Below are positions 13,125 through 25,693 of a stretch of 64,000 bases of DNA, one piece after another; position 1 is the stretch's first letter; every line of letters begins with the position of its first letter. Under the pieces are notes generated by a model, which was not told the DNA's origin, ran no database searches, and saw only the letters and a program-made list of their open reading frames with translations. Made by a program: the position numbers and the translations under genes. The DNA comes from Moniliella sp. 'wahieum' (lineage: Eukaryota). Where the stretch lies: the NCBI GenBank assembly GCA_003971905.1, contig RSEE01000037.1:186001-250000 (forward strand), read 5' to 3'.

Positions 13125-13886
13125 CTAGTAATCGGTAATCGGTAATCGACAACCGGTTACCGATTCTCGTTTATGATTATCCATTCTCACTTATTGTTGC
13201 TCATCGTTTAGGTTTTGGTGGGCCAACCGGACTGGGTGGGACGCGAAAGCAAACGCGAACGCGACTGCAGGCGTTGGGAAACGGCCTCACTGCTTGTCAT
13301 TTATGGTCTGGCGATGCATTTTATCGAGATCTGAGATCTGATCATGCGGATTTTTTCTGGGCTGGTCGTACTGTAGTGCCACTGCGCACCGTAGGCTATG
13401 CCGCCATCGCAGGGCTGCAGACAGGCGGGGGAGGTGGCCAGGAGCAGGAGCGTCGCTGAGCAAGGACCGAGGGGGGCCCGTTGGGCGTCAAGTGTGGTGG
13501 CAGTGCCGGTGGCCTCACGCCGGAAACGCAACAGGGGCGCCAGTAGTAGCATAGTAGCAGCTAGCACACGCACAGGACAGACCGCTGCAGGCCAGCTTAT
13601 TTAGTCCTTGTGGCGCAGCGGCCAGGGGAGCTGTGGGAACTGGCGCTGTGCCTGCCCCGATCCAGCGCCCCCGTACGGGCACGGGGGCAGTCCCCAAACT
13701 CACTTGGCCCTGTGCGCAAGCTTTGGCCAAGTGTCTTCGGATCCACAAGCTCCCAAGACTACCTGTCTGTGCAGGGAAGGGGGGGTAACGTTGAACGTTT
13801 ACCCTAGCCAGGACCAGCTCTCTTCCCATCCCTATCACCTCTTCCTCTGTCTCCTCTGCACTCTTCACCACCAACGCTGTGCACAG

Positions 13887-14844
13887 ATGGCTACGTCCTT
13901 GGCCAAGGGAGAAAAGCGCAGCCGCAAGGCGCTCCTAGCGCTCGGCCTCGTGCCCATCCAAGGCGTGCGACGTATCACAATGAAGCGGGAGCGGGGAAAG
14001 ACATACATGGTGGAACATCCTGAGGTGTACAAGTCCCCCACGGCCGACTCGTACATCATCTTTGGCCAGGGCAGTATCCTGCACATCCCGCCTGCTCAGC
14101 AACAAGCGCAAGACCTCGCTACCACTTTGCCCCCCCCGTTCCCCCTGTCCCCAGCCCTGATTCAGTTTCACCACTTGCGCCTTCAACAGGAAGAAATGCG
14201 ATTGGTGCAGCAGCAACAGGAGGGAAGCAAACCAATTGGCTTTGCGTTCCGACCAGACTCCCGAACTAATGCCAACCGTCAATGTGCCCTTCCTCGACGG
14301 CAACGGTACCCACCACCAGCACATTCATCCGCCTTTGCAACTTGACCAGATCGACACCGAGGAGCCAGGCAGTCAAGCGTGGCTCTCGGAATTCACCCGC
14401 GCACCCTCCGAGGGGAGCCTACGAAGGTCCAAGAGCTCAGCCAGGACGGTGGGGACGCAGTCGACGCAGTGGACGCAATGAACCAGCAGGCGAGACGGTT
14501 GGATCAGGACGACGATGCACACTCATCCGACATGAGCGACCCCGGCCCACACCACCAAACTCGACCCCCTGGCCGGCACCACGTCTTTGCTCTCGACGGG
14601 TGCTTGTCCCCCTACCAAACAGGACCCTATCGCGGCCGAGGCAGAGACCAAGGAGGCCACCGAGGCGCCACCCAGTGCACTGCCGACGCAGAAGGACATG
14701 ACGTTCCCGGAAACGGTGATTGAACAGACGATGATCAAGGGCCAGATGGACCGGGAGACAGCGCTAGGGGCGCTATGGGCGTGCCAAGGTGATGCGGTAC
14801 GTGGCCTGGTGTGGTGCGTGGTGCCGTGGCGGGGAGGAGACTGA
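13887..14844 (+). CDS. Nascent polypeptide-associated complex alpha-like protein (NAC + UBA), divergent
   Basis: GEKRSRKALLALGLVPIQGVRRITMKR...PEVYKSPTADSYIIFGQ matches the NAC-alpha domain. C-terminal IEQTMIKGQMDRETALGALWACQGDAVRGL is UBA-like. An upstream exon is possible. Confidence 0.75.
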
Positions 14845-15048
14845 CGTGAGGCGCTTGCGTGTGAGCAGATGGGCGCCATCGTTGCGTTTGGGCCGTACTA
14901 GGCCGGGGGGGAGACCAGATATACAAGCGCTGCGGTCGGGCTGGGTCTCTGTATGGAGTGTTTTGAGATGCAATCCACCGCATCCCAATTCAACCAGGTT
15001 ATAACTGCGCAAGCGAGATGAACGGCAATCGATCAGGGGTGCTGCGGA

Positions 15049-15084
15049 GCACGTGACTAGGGGCGAGGCCGGCTAGTCACGTGC
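15049..15084. promoter_or_regulatory. Perfect 12-bp inverted repeat with two E-boxes (GTCACGTG) upstream of TOP2
   Basis: GCACGTGACTAG-N12-CTAGTCACGTGC. Confidence 0.55.
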
Positions 15085-15287
15085 ACCGGGGTCCGGGTCC
15101 GCCGGCGGAATGCACGGGGGGGGCGTGCGATCAACACACGCGAACAGTGGCGCCGTGGCGGCAGATGCGGCAGCGCGTCAAAAAAACAAAGGGGGGAAGG
15201 CGCGCAGGTCGGGGCGGGGCAGCACATCTCCCTTCCTCCATCGCCGTCGCTTCCTCTTCCTCCATCCCATCGCATCCCCCCGCCGCC

Positions 15288-18200
15288 ATGTCGGACGAGT
15301 CGGACTTTGCGCTCTCCGACGACCACTCCGACTTTGCGCCGGCCCCGCCGCCCAAGAAGAAAGCCCCCGCCCCCGCGCCCGCCCACGCAAGCAGCCCCTC
15401 GCGCCCCGCCGCGCCAACGACTCGGACTCCACCCCGCCCTCGGCCGACACCAGCCTCGACCGCCCCACGCCCTCGGCCGCACCCTCGGCCGCCCCACCGC
15501 TGCGGCTGCGGCTGCCCACCGCCGCAAAGAACAAGACGGCGACCGAGACGTACCAGAAGCTGACCCAGCTCGAGCATGTCCTCCTCCGCCCCGACACGTA
15601 CATTGGCTCCATTGAGCTCCAGACCGACGAGCTCTGGGTGTTTGACAAGACCACCCAGCAGATGGTCCTGCGCAAGACGAACTATGTCCCGGGCTTTTAC
15701 AAGATCTTTGATGAAATCCTCGTGAATGCGGCCGACAACAAGGTATGTACCCCCCCCCCGGCGCCTCCTAGCATAGCATGCAATTGACCCCCCCCCCTCT
15801 CTTGCTACTCAGGTGCGCGACCCGGACATGTCGTTTTTGAAGGTGGTCATCGACAAGGAGGCAGGCTCGATCAGCGTCGAGAACAATGGGCGTGGAATCC
15901 CGATTGAGATTCACGAGAAGGAGAACATGTGGATCCCTGAGCTGATCTTTGGCAACCTCCTCACCTCGTCCAACTACGATGACGAGGAGGACAAGGTGAC
16001 CGGTGGGCGGAACGGGTATGGTGCCAAGCTTGCCAACATTTACTCTACCGAGTTTATCGTCGAGACGGGCAACAAGGACAAGGAGAAGAAGTACCGCCAA
16101 GTCTTTTCCAACAACATGTCCAAAGCTGGCAAGCCCAGCATCACCAAGGGCAAGCAGGACTTTACCCGCATCACCTTCAAGCCTGACTTTGCTCGTTTCC
16201 GTATGGAGGGGATCGACGACGACATTGAGGCGCTGATGATGAAGCGTGTGTACGACATGGCTGGCACAGTCAAGAACGTCAATGTTTGGTTGAATGGCGA
16301 ACGGATCAAGATCTCCAACTTTAAGCAGTACACGGAAATGTACGTCAAGGCAGTCCAATCGATGAATAATACCAGCGATACTGCTGATGGCGTCGCCTCC
16401 CCAGAGGCCAAGCCCACCATCATCTATGAGTCCGTGGAGGACAAGGGGAAAATATGGGAGGTGGCATTCGCCGTGTCCGATGGTTCGTTCCGGCAAGTGT
16501 CATTTGTCAACAACATTGCCACCATCAAAGGCGGTCGCCATGTTGACTTTGTCGAGCACCAGATCGTTCAGCGTATCGTCGAGTATCTTGCCAAAAAAGG
16601 AGACGGTCAAGCCGACCCAGGTGCGCAACTACTGTTTCCTCTTTGTCAACTGCCAGATCGTCAATCCCACCTTTGACGGCCAGACCAAGGAGACGCTCAC
16701 GCTCAAATCCACCAAGTTTGGATCCAAATGGACGATGAGTGAAGCGTTTGAGAAAAAGGTGCTCAAGTCTGATGTCATCGAAGAGGTCAAGAACTTTTCC
16801 CACTTTCAGCAAAACAAGGCCTTGACCCGGACAGATGGGGCCAAGCGCCGTCGTATCACTGGTATTGCCAAACTGGAGGATGCCAACAATGCGGGTACAG
16901 GTGCCAAGAGCAAGAACTGCACCTTGATCTTAACCGAAGGTGACTCGGCCAAGGCGTTGGCTGTGTCGGGTCTGTCGGAGGTGGGGAGACAACTATGGTG
17001 TGTTCCCGCTCCGTGGTAAATTGCTCAACGTACGTGAGGCGAGCCATGATCAAGTAGTCAAGAACAAGGAGATCAACCACATCAAGGAAATTCTAGGCCT
17101 GCGCCACGGACACAACTATACCGATGTCCAATCGCTCCGGTACGGGTCGTTGATGATCATGACTGACCAGGACCACGATGGTTCCCACATCAAGGGCCTG
17201 ATCATCAACTTTTTTGATGCCTTTTACCCTTCTCTCCTTAAAATCCCGAACTTTTTGGTGGAGTTCATCACTCCCATTGTCAAGGCCACCAAGGGGACAC
17301 AGGAAGTCTCCTTCTTTACCATTCCAGAATACGAACAGTGGAAGGAAGAACATAACAATGGCGCGGGCTGGCGGATCAAGTACTACAAGGGTCTCGGTAC
17401 TTCGAATGCGGCCGATATGAAAAGTATTTCCGCAAGATGAACACCCATATGCTTCCGTTTGAACCCACCACGCCCGAAGATCGTCAGCTGATCGACTTGG
17501 CTTTCAGCAAGAAGAAGGCGGATGAGCGGAAAGAGTGGCTGCGCCAATTCAAGCCGGGCACATACTTGAACCACAACATCGATACGATCCCCGTGTCCGA
17601 CTTTATCAACAAGGAACTCATCCTTTTCTCTATGGCGGACAACATGCGCTCCATTCCTTCGGTTGTGGATGGTCTCAAGCCGGGCCAGCGGAAGATCATC
17701 TTTGGTGCGTTTAAGCGCAAGCTCAGTCCTAAGACCGAAGCCAAGGTGGCCCAGTTTGGTGCGTATGTGGCGGACCATACGGCATATCACCACGGCGAGA
17801 CGAGTCTGTACCAAACCATCGTGGGTCTGGCGCAGACGTTTGTTGGGTCCAACAACTTGAACCTGCTTTCTCCCAGTGGTCAATTTGGTACCCGTGCCAT
17901 GGGCGGTAAGGATGCCGCCGCGCCCAGGTACATCTATACTTCCATGCCTGAATCCACACGCATGATCTTCCACCCGGACGATGACATGCTCCTCACCTAC
18001 CTCAACGAAGAAGGCCAAAGCATCGAGCCGGAATGGTACATCCCCACTTTGCCGACGGTCCTGATCAATGGTTCGGATGGCATTGGGACCGGATGGAGCA
18101 CCAACATGCCCAACTTTAATCCGTTGGACATCATTGCCAACTTGCGTTCTCGTTTGTCCGGTGGGGAGTTTGTCCCGATGCACCCATGGTACCGTGGCTT

Positions 18201-20094
18201 TACCGGACCGATTGAGCAGATTGGAGCGGACAAGTATAAAGTTTCCGGGCTGGCCCACCCGGTTACCGAAGGCGATTGGTCCGCGTGGGAGATCACCGAG
18301 TTGCCCGTCCAGACCTGGACGTCGAACTACAAGGAATTCATCGAGACGCTCGTCTCGCCCGACAAGTCGTTGCCGGCGTTGGTGAAGGATTACAAAGAGT
18401 ACCACACGGACAAGACGGTGCACTTTATTGTGTACCTGACCCCGAAGGGAGAGGAGGAAATCCGTGCCAAGGGACCCGAAACGTTTTTCAAGTTGGCCTC
18501 GACCAAAAACACGTCCAACATGGTCCTCTTTGATTCCGAAGGCAAGATCAAACGGTACACCTCCACCGTCGAGATCTTAGAGGACTTTTATCTGCTCCGG
18601 CTGAGCTATTACCATAAACGCAAGGTACGTCGCCCGGTCCTTTGGTCTTGTCTTTTTTATTTTTTCGTTGTGTTTTGCTCGAGTGGAAAAAGGTGAACTG
18701 ACCTGATGATTCGATGGGGTGGTGCGCCGGTTAGGACTTTTTGGTAGAGACGCTCAAGGAGTCCTATTCACGTTTGCAGAACCAAGCGCGCTTTGTCAAG
18801 ATGATCATCGACAAGGAACTGAATGTGATGCAGCGCAAACGATCTGCCGTGGTGGCCGACTTGCGCGCCAAGGGGTTCCGTCCCTTGCCCAAAGTGGTCC
18901 GGGCCAAGACGACGGCCGAGCAGGCGGATTCGGAGGACGAAGGTGAGAGGGCGCCGACAGCGATTACGATTACTTGTTGTCCATGGCGATCTATACCTTG
19001 ACAGCGGAGAAGTGGCGCAGCTTCTAGCCCAGCGCGACGCCAAGGAAGAAGAACTGAATCGACTCCTTGGCTTTACCCCAAAAGACTTGTGGATTCAAGA
19101 TTTGGACCGCGTGCAAGCCGAGTGGGAACGCTTGTTGGACGAGGACGCCAAGGGCTTGGCACGCGACGCACACCGCATGAAAATGTCCACTAAAGCAGGT
19201 GCGGTCCAGGCTAAAGCAGGAGGCGCAGCTCGACGTCGTGCCTCGGGCGTCGTTTCTGACCTGGACAACTCGGATGACGAGTTTAAGCCCAAACCGGCTG
19301 CCAGGCGTAAAGTCGCTGCTAAGCCAGCGGCCAAGGCCAAGGCGACAGCCAAGACCGAACCCAAGCCACGCATCAAATCCGATCCGTCGGCTTCGGCATC
19401 TGCTTCGGCATCGGCATCGGCATCAGGCTCGGGGTTGGGCTTGGGGTTGGGGTTGGGCGTGCCTTCGACCTCGGCCTTGGGCGGCGGTGCTGGAGCCAGG
19501 GCCGGGAGCGGTAAGTCGGCAGCGAGTAGCAGTCGATCCACTTCGGTCAAACGAACGGCTTCGACGGCATTGGATGACGATGAGTTGGACGGGTTGGTGG
19601 CTACGAAGAGACCGGCTTTGGGCATGGGACTTGCCAAGACGGCTACGCAAACTACTTTGCCCGTGCAGGCGAAACCGGTGGTGTACCTGTCCGATTCCGA
19701 TATGGACGAAGTGGCACCAGCTAAGGCACCAGCCAAGGCACCAGCCAAGGCACCAGCTAGGGCGACTGCCAAACCCAAAGCACCAGCCAAAGCACCGTCC
19801 AAAGCATTGTCCAAAGCACCGTCCAAAGCACCCGCCAAGCCCAAGGCGCCTGCGAAGGGCAAAGGTCGCGCCAAGGCGGCCGTGCCCTCGGACTCGGAGG
19901 AAGCTGAGATGGACTCGGGAGAGGACGTGTCGATGGTGGACGCCCCCACCGCCACCACGTGCTCGGTCCACCCGCGCACCCCGTGGCGCAGCAGCTAAGG
20001 TCAAGTACGTGGAGAGCGACTTGGACCTGAGCGAGGACCAGGATGGTGTGAGCAGGAGGAGCAGGAGGATGAGGATGATGATGATGAGTTTTGA
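15288..20094 (+). CDS. TOP2: DNA topoisomerase II; introns 15743-15812 and 18625-18734
   Basis: YQKLTQLEHVLLRPDTYIGS, EILVNAADN, GGRNGYGAK, EGDSA, PLRGK, DQDHDG, YYKGLGTS, active-site AAAPRYIYT, and a low-complexity K/A/P-rich tail. Confidence 0.98.
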
Positions 20095-20243
20095 GCTTGT
20101 GCGGGCGGCCGTAACGAGTATTTCGGATCCCATGTCGCATGGTACATGTCACATCACGCGCCACAGTGGTATGGGCGGGTGATCGATGATTGATGGTCGA
20201 TGGTCGATTCGATTATGGGTGAGACTGAGGCTGGTGTTTCGCC

Positions 20244-20290
20244 TTCGTTTTCGTTTTCGGTTTCGTTTTCGGTTTCGTTTTCGTTTTCGA
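20244..20290. repeat. (TTTTCG/TTTCGG)n hexamer repeat downstream of TOP2
   Basis: About 7-8 units seen directly. Confidence 0.8.
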
Positions 20291-20751
20291 TTAGTGTTTG
20301 TTTTTCTCTTTACTTTTGGTTCTCTCGTTCACGTGTTCACCAGGGGCGAAGGGTGGCCTGGAGTGGCTGCTTGTTCTTGTGGTCGCGCGAAGCGAACGCG
20401 CGGGCGGAGGTGGGCGTGTCTTTCTTTGCCTTGGCCGACGTGGGGCTGGTTCCTGTCCGTGGCGAATTGCGATTGAGAACGCGTGTGTTTGTGTGTGCCT
20501 GGGGAGGGAGGCAGGATGTGCGAGGAGATGGCAGATGGCAGAAGATGCTGATCGATGAGGATGACAGCCCGCAGATGACAGACGTGGAACCGATGTTCCT
20601 GGGAATAACGCGTGTGAAGATGGGCGGCCAGGGAGGGGCTAAACGCTAAGTGTTAAACGTTAACCTGCGGAGGGAGGCAGGGGTGAGGCGGATGGATGAT
20701 GGATGATGTGCTCCCACGCGCTCTCACCCAGCCGCAGGGATCATCCGTCCC

Positions 20752-23700
20752 ATGGGCATGCCACATGTCACCCACCCAATCGGAGCCAACGCCGTCGGGA
20801 GCAAACGGAGCACCGCCCGCCGAGCCCAGGCACCGCGCCGCTCTCCCCTGCCCAGCCGCGGCTCAGCTCGGCTGTTCGCCTCCGGCCGCCCGCCAGCGAC
20901 CATCCGATCCCCTCCCGCTGCTCCACCCACGCCTCCCCGCATCCAGCCGTCCCCATCGTCTTCTCTCCCACCGTCTTCTCTCCACCGTCTTCTCCCCATC
21001 GTCTTTCCCATCGTCTTCTCCCCCACCGTCTTCTCCCCCACCGTCTTCTCCCCCACCGTCTTCTTCGTCTCTTCTCCCCAAGCATGCACCCCTAGCCCCC
21101 CACACCTATCTCTCTCTGCCTCTTCCCCGGTCTGTCTGCTGCCATGCTCACCGCCGCATCCGACCGCCTCCTCCCGCGCACACCGCCGCTCCCCCCCTCC
21201 TCCCCCTCCCCCTGCCCCCTCCCCCTCCCCCCCCCCCCCCACCACCCCCCTCGCACCTCCCTCTTCCCCTCCCTCCCACGCTCCCCAGTCGGCCCACGAA
21301 AGCGCCCTTCCTTTCCCTGGCGCCCCGCCCTCTGGCTTCAGCGCGTCTCCTGCGCCCCCTCCGCCTGCTCCTCCGCCTGCCCCCCCCGCATCCACACCTC
21401 CACCTTCCTCTGCCTCTGCCTCCCCCACCCCACCCCCGCCTCTCACCGAGCCCGAGCCCCCACGCGTGCGCCGCACCAAAAGCGGCCTCTTTTCCGACCT
21501 GCGCACTCGCATCGCCAAATCCTTGCCCCCCTCGCCCTCTCTTCCCTCTTCGGCCAAGTTCAAGCGCCCCGAAGCCCGTCCCCTGGCCGCCGGCATCAGC
21601 TCCCAGAACCTGGGCAAGCTCTATGGCCGCCGTGGCAAGGTCCTCGGCACCGGTGCTGGTGGCACCGTCCGTCTCGTCAAGGCCAAGGACCACACCATCT
21701 ATGCCGTCAAGCAGTTCCGTCCCCTGCGCGAGGGGGAGAACGAGCGGGAATACGTCAAGAAGATCACTGCCGAGTATTGTGTCGGCACAGCACTCACCAT
21801 CCCAACATTATTCACACTGTCGATCTCTTTGTTGATGCCGGGCTGCACTACCAGGTCCTCGAGTATGCGCCCTACGACCTCTTTGCGGTTGTCATGGTCG
21901 CCCAAATGAGCAAGGAGGAGATTTACTGTATCTTTCGCCAGATTGTGGATGGCGTGGATTACCTTCACAGCCTTGGCCTCGCTCATCGCGACCTCAAGCT
22001 GGACAATTGCGTCATGACCGCGACCAATGTGGTCAAAATCATCGATTTTGGCACCGCCACCGTCTTCCAAACCCCCGGGTGCAGCTCCAAAATCTTGGCT
22101 TCGGGCGTGGTGGGTTCAGACCCTTACTTGGCTCCCGAAGTGTTGGGAGAGGAGGAGTACGACCCGCGTTTGACCGACGTGTGGTCGTTGGCGATCATTT
22201 TCTTATGCATGTACCTGCGCCGGTTTCCCTGGAAGTTGCCCGACGCTCGCAAGGACCGTGCCTACCGCCAATTCGTCCATGAGCCCGGAACTGGTCCACG
22301 TTCCCGCCCCTGCTTCGCCCCGGCCTGTCGGACCAACAGGGCAGGATAGGGCACCTACCAAGACCCCCACTTCGCCCGCAATGGGCAGCTTGGCTTCCCC
22401 ACCCTCCTTGCCCATGTGGACCGAAACCCGCTCGACGATCCCTTCGACCGTGCCGACCACTCGCTCCCACTCCCCCACTCTCACTCCCATTCGCACTCCC
22501 ACTCCCACTCCCATTCGGGCGCCCAGCTTCCCCAGCCTGCCGCTCCCACCAGCGTCCAAACCGCTCTCCCCACCCGAAGGCGAGCCCACCATGGGGCACG
22601 CGCCTTCCCCCTTTTCCCCGCCACCTCCTCTCACCACCACACAAGCTCAAGCTCGCTCTTCTCTCTCCCTCTCCTTCTCCCCTGCCGCGGCGGCGGCACG
22701 GATCTCACGCTGGAACCTAACCCGACACCGTACATTCGTCTCCCGGGACCGTCCTCGGCCAGTCTGATGAAAGCGGCACTACGTGGTCTGCCATCGACCG
22801 TTCCCTCGGGCTGGTCCGCCACACCCTCTGGCTCCGACCCGCTGTTGGCACGCATACCTACCGTATCTGAAGCGGGGTACCAGGTGGTCCAACCCTCGGA
22901 CGCACCACTAGCGTCGGACCAAGTGCCTGTCCAGGCGGAACCGAGTCCCGTTCCCTATGCCCATGGCGATGGCGATGCGGACGCAGACAGGGAAAGGCAG
23001 AGGCAGGGCAGAGGGAGATGGATGCGGAGGCGGAGGCGGATGCGGAGGCGGATGTGGATGTGGATGGAAGAGACGACGCATCAACGTTGGCGGAACCAAG
23101 GGCTTTGTCGCGCATCCATTCGTCCGAACCTGACACTTGGTTCGGGGAAGGGTCGGTGCTATGATGACCCGTTAGGCCAGTCGGAAGAGTCGTCCGACGC
23201 CGAAGCTCAAGCCGAAGGTCAACCCAACTCCAAGCCCAAGTCCAAGCCCAAGTCCAAGCCCAAGTGGAAATGGTAGGGGAAACGGACGCTAGGTCCAATG
23301 TGCGCGCAGTCCAACCGCGCTCGGCTACGTTACCCCGCATGCGTCCCAGCGCGACGCGACCGTTTCCCGTGCCAGTCGCCAATGGGCACGCAGAGGGTCC
23401 AACGTCGGGCTCGCTCCGTCGCACACTGCGGTCCCGTACGCGCTGCCTACACTTGACCCTGATCATGACCATGAGGGTACACAACACCCCAACCAAACCG
23501 AAGACCAGCAGCACGACACCTCCCCTCTGTCCCCGACGCCTGCACGAACGGACTCAATTTTCAGCTTGTGCCCAGTGGAGACGCAGGCAGCGTTACGACG
23601 CATGCTCGCGGTCCACCCGCAGTTGCGCTGTACGCTAGGAGACTTGCTCCGCGGCCCTGGGTTGGCCGATTCCCGACCCCCTTCTCGTCCGTGCTGGGAG

Positions 23701-24055
23701 ACACCCGAGACGACCTGCACAAGCACCCGCACCCGCACCCGCAACAGGAGATGGACGACCAGGGGGAGTACACTGAGCTCCCCGGCCACCACGAGCGCCA
23801 CGAGCAACAGGCAAATGAGCGACCACAGCGGTCAGAGAGGAAGATGCACATGTGGCGCAGGACGGGCAAGCAGGGCAAGCAGCCAACCAGGCCGATTCGT
23901 GGCTCACGTCGATCCACCCGTGTTCCTCCCTGGTTCAGCACGACGGTCCTACGCCCACAGCGGCGGCTTCGTCTGCGCCTGCGCACCATACCCATCACCA
24001 CCCTTTGCCTGAACCGAGCAGGTTCCCCCGCCTGCCCCTGTTTCATCGCAAGTGA
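20752..24055 (+). CDS. HAL-family Ser/Thr kinase (HRK1/PTK/NPR1-like) with a long low-complexity insert in the C-lobe
   Basis: [51 protein letters not shown]; subdomain XI-like [15 protein letters not shown] at about 23590. Start codon uncertain. Confidence 0.9.
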
Positions 24056-24971
24056 GTAGGTGGAACGGTGCACGGGGGCTTGGTGCGTCGGGTGGTCGTT
24101 GGCCTGGCTGGGCTTCTGACCTGCTGGTCTGGTGGCCTGGTGGCCTTCCACCGGTGCAGGTCGAACCTATCGGATCTTATCAGCTGGGTGAATGGAGGTG
24201 ACCGGAAGAGACCAGTCACGATGACCCCTCCCCTGCGTCCTCCTGCTCCTCCCCCTCCTGCGTCCTCCTCCGTGTCCACCTCCTGCGTCCACCTCCTCGC
24301 CCTCCGTCGTCTGCGCTGTTCGTCCGATTCCACCCCCCCGCAACCCCACGTCTCTGTTTCTTTTTTCTTTCCTTTGTCTTTTCCTTTCTTCCGCCTCCTG
24401 CACTCGGACGGGGGGATAAGGAAGGTAAGAAGACTCGACGCTCAGGGCGACCATGCGACGGATCAGGCCATTCAGGGGGTTGGCGGTGGGGCGGGCAGGA
24501 CCCGTGACCACACTACCCTCCATGTTTCCCTTTTGACTTGGAGGGCGTAACCCTCTCTCTCGCACCATCTTGCTCCCACTCTTACCCCCATCTTGCTCTC
24601 CCATCCTAAGCGCCCACCCCAGGCCCCCTCCCAAGCTCCCTTGGATCCCTGCCCCCATTCTTCCGGGTGGCTGGTCCCCCCCCCCCTCCCTTTCGGTCCT
24701 TGCTGCCATATGACTATCTCTCCTTCGGCGTAGAAGAGTGGCACGGTGTAGACGGAATACGTAGGCTGGGTCGTTTCTCGGTTCGTGGGGTAGGTCTCTC
24801 GTTGGACTGGCAATTCGGTGGTAGCGAGGTATCAGAAACCTCACCTCGAGGATGGGCGGATGTGGGCGGATGGGCGGATGGGCGAGAGGAGTGCACCTTG
24901 CTCTTATTATAATCGTTGTCCGTAGTGTTCTCGAGTTTTGTCAATGCTACTATATAGTCAGATATGAATAC

Positions 24972-25662
24972 TGTCGCAGTCTGGTGTGCGTTGTTGAGCC
25001 CTGAGACGTGGAGCGCCTGAGCGTCAACCACAGGGAGGGTCGTGCGTTTGTGACCAAGGCGTCTTCAAGCTTCAGTGCCAGCTAGCTCGCACATCAGGCG
25101 GAACCTCAGGCCAAGGAGGTCCAGTGTACTCAACTTGAGCGCTCATGTCTTCGGTTCCTCAGCCGCAGGCCCAGAAGCGATCGGGGGCTTATGATGGGCG
25201 GCGGCTCAGCATTCTTCTCGAACTTGATCATGTCGGCGACACAAGAGCAGCAGAGTTGTTGGGATGGACTGAGTCCATAGCGCCCGTCGCGGCGCGTTCC
25301 CAGTCGTATGCAGCATTGTGACCTCTCGAGGTTCGCGAGGATCTGGTCGTTGCTTCACTTCACATGTCACACCCACTGTGAGCACGGGCAGAACCTCGGA
25401 ATGGCTGCCGTTCCGGAAATTAGCACCGCATATACGGCACCACAGGGGCCTACTAATGGTAGTGAGGGCACGGCAGCGAGGTGGTTTCCAGCGAGCCGGC
25501 CTGCCCACCTGCCCGCTGGTGCCTCTCGGAAAGAGACACTTGGACCCTTGGGCTCACGCTTAGTTATAGTCATTGTACAGCCGAGCCAGCCCGAGCTCTG
25601 GTGCTTGCCTCTAGACGATCTGAGCTGCCCTCTGGCGCTTCCCTCAGAGAGAGACCGCAACA
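24972..25662. mobile_element. Possible solo LTR (about 690 bp)
   Basis: Non-genic. Starts TGTCGCAGTCT and ends AGACCGCAACA (9/11 inverted match, TG...CA). No clear target-site duplication. Confidence 0.35.
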
Positions 25663-25693
25663 TTAGACTTTCGAACACTGCTGCAGTGCCGCG

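Noticed and set aside
18695..18734. TGATGA in TOP2 intron 2 as a C/D snoRNA box C
   Set aside because: It lies next to the branch point with no room for a downstream box D or terminal stem.
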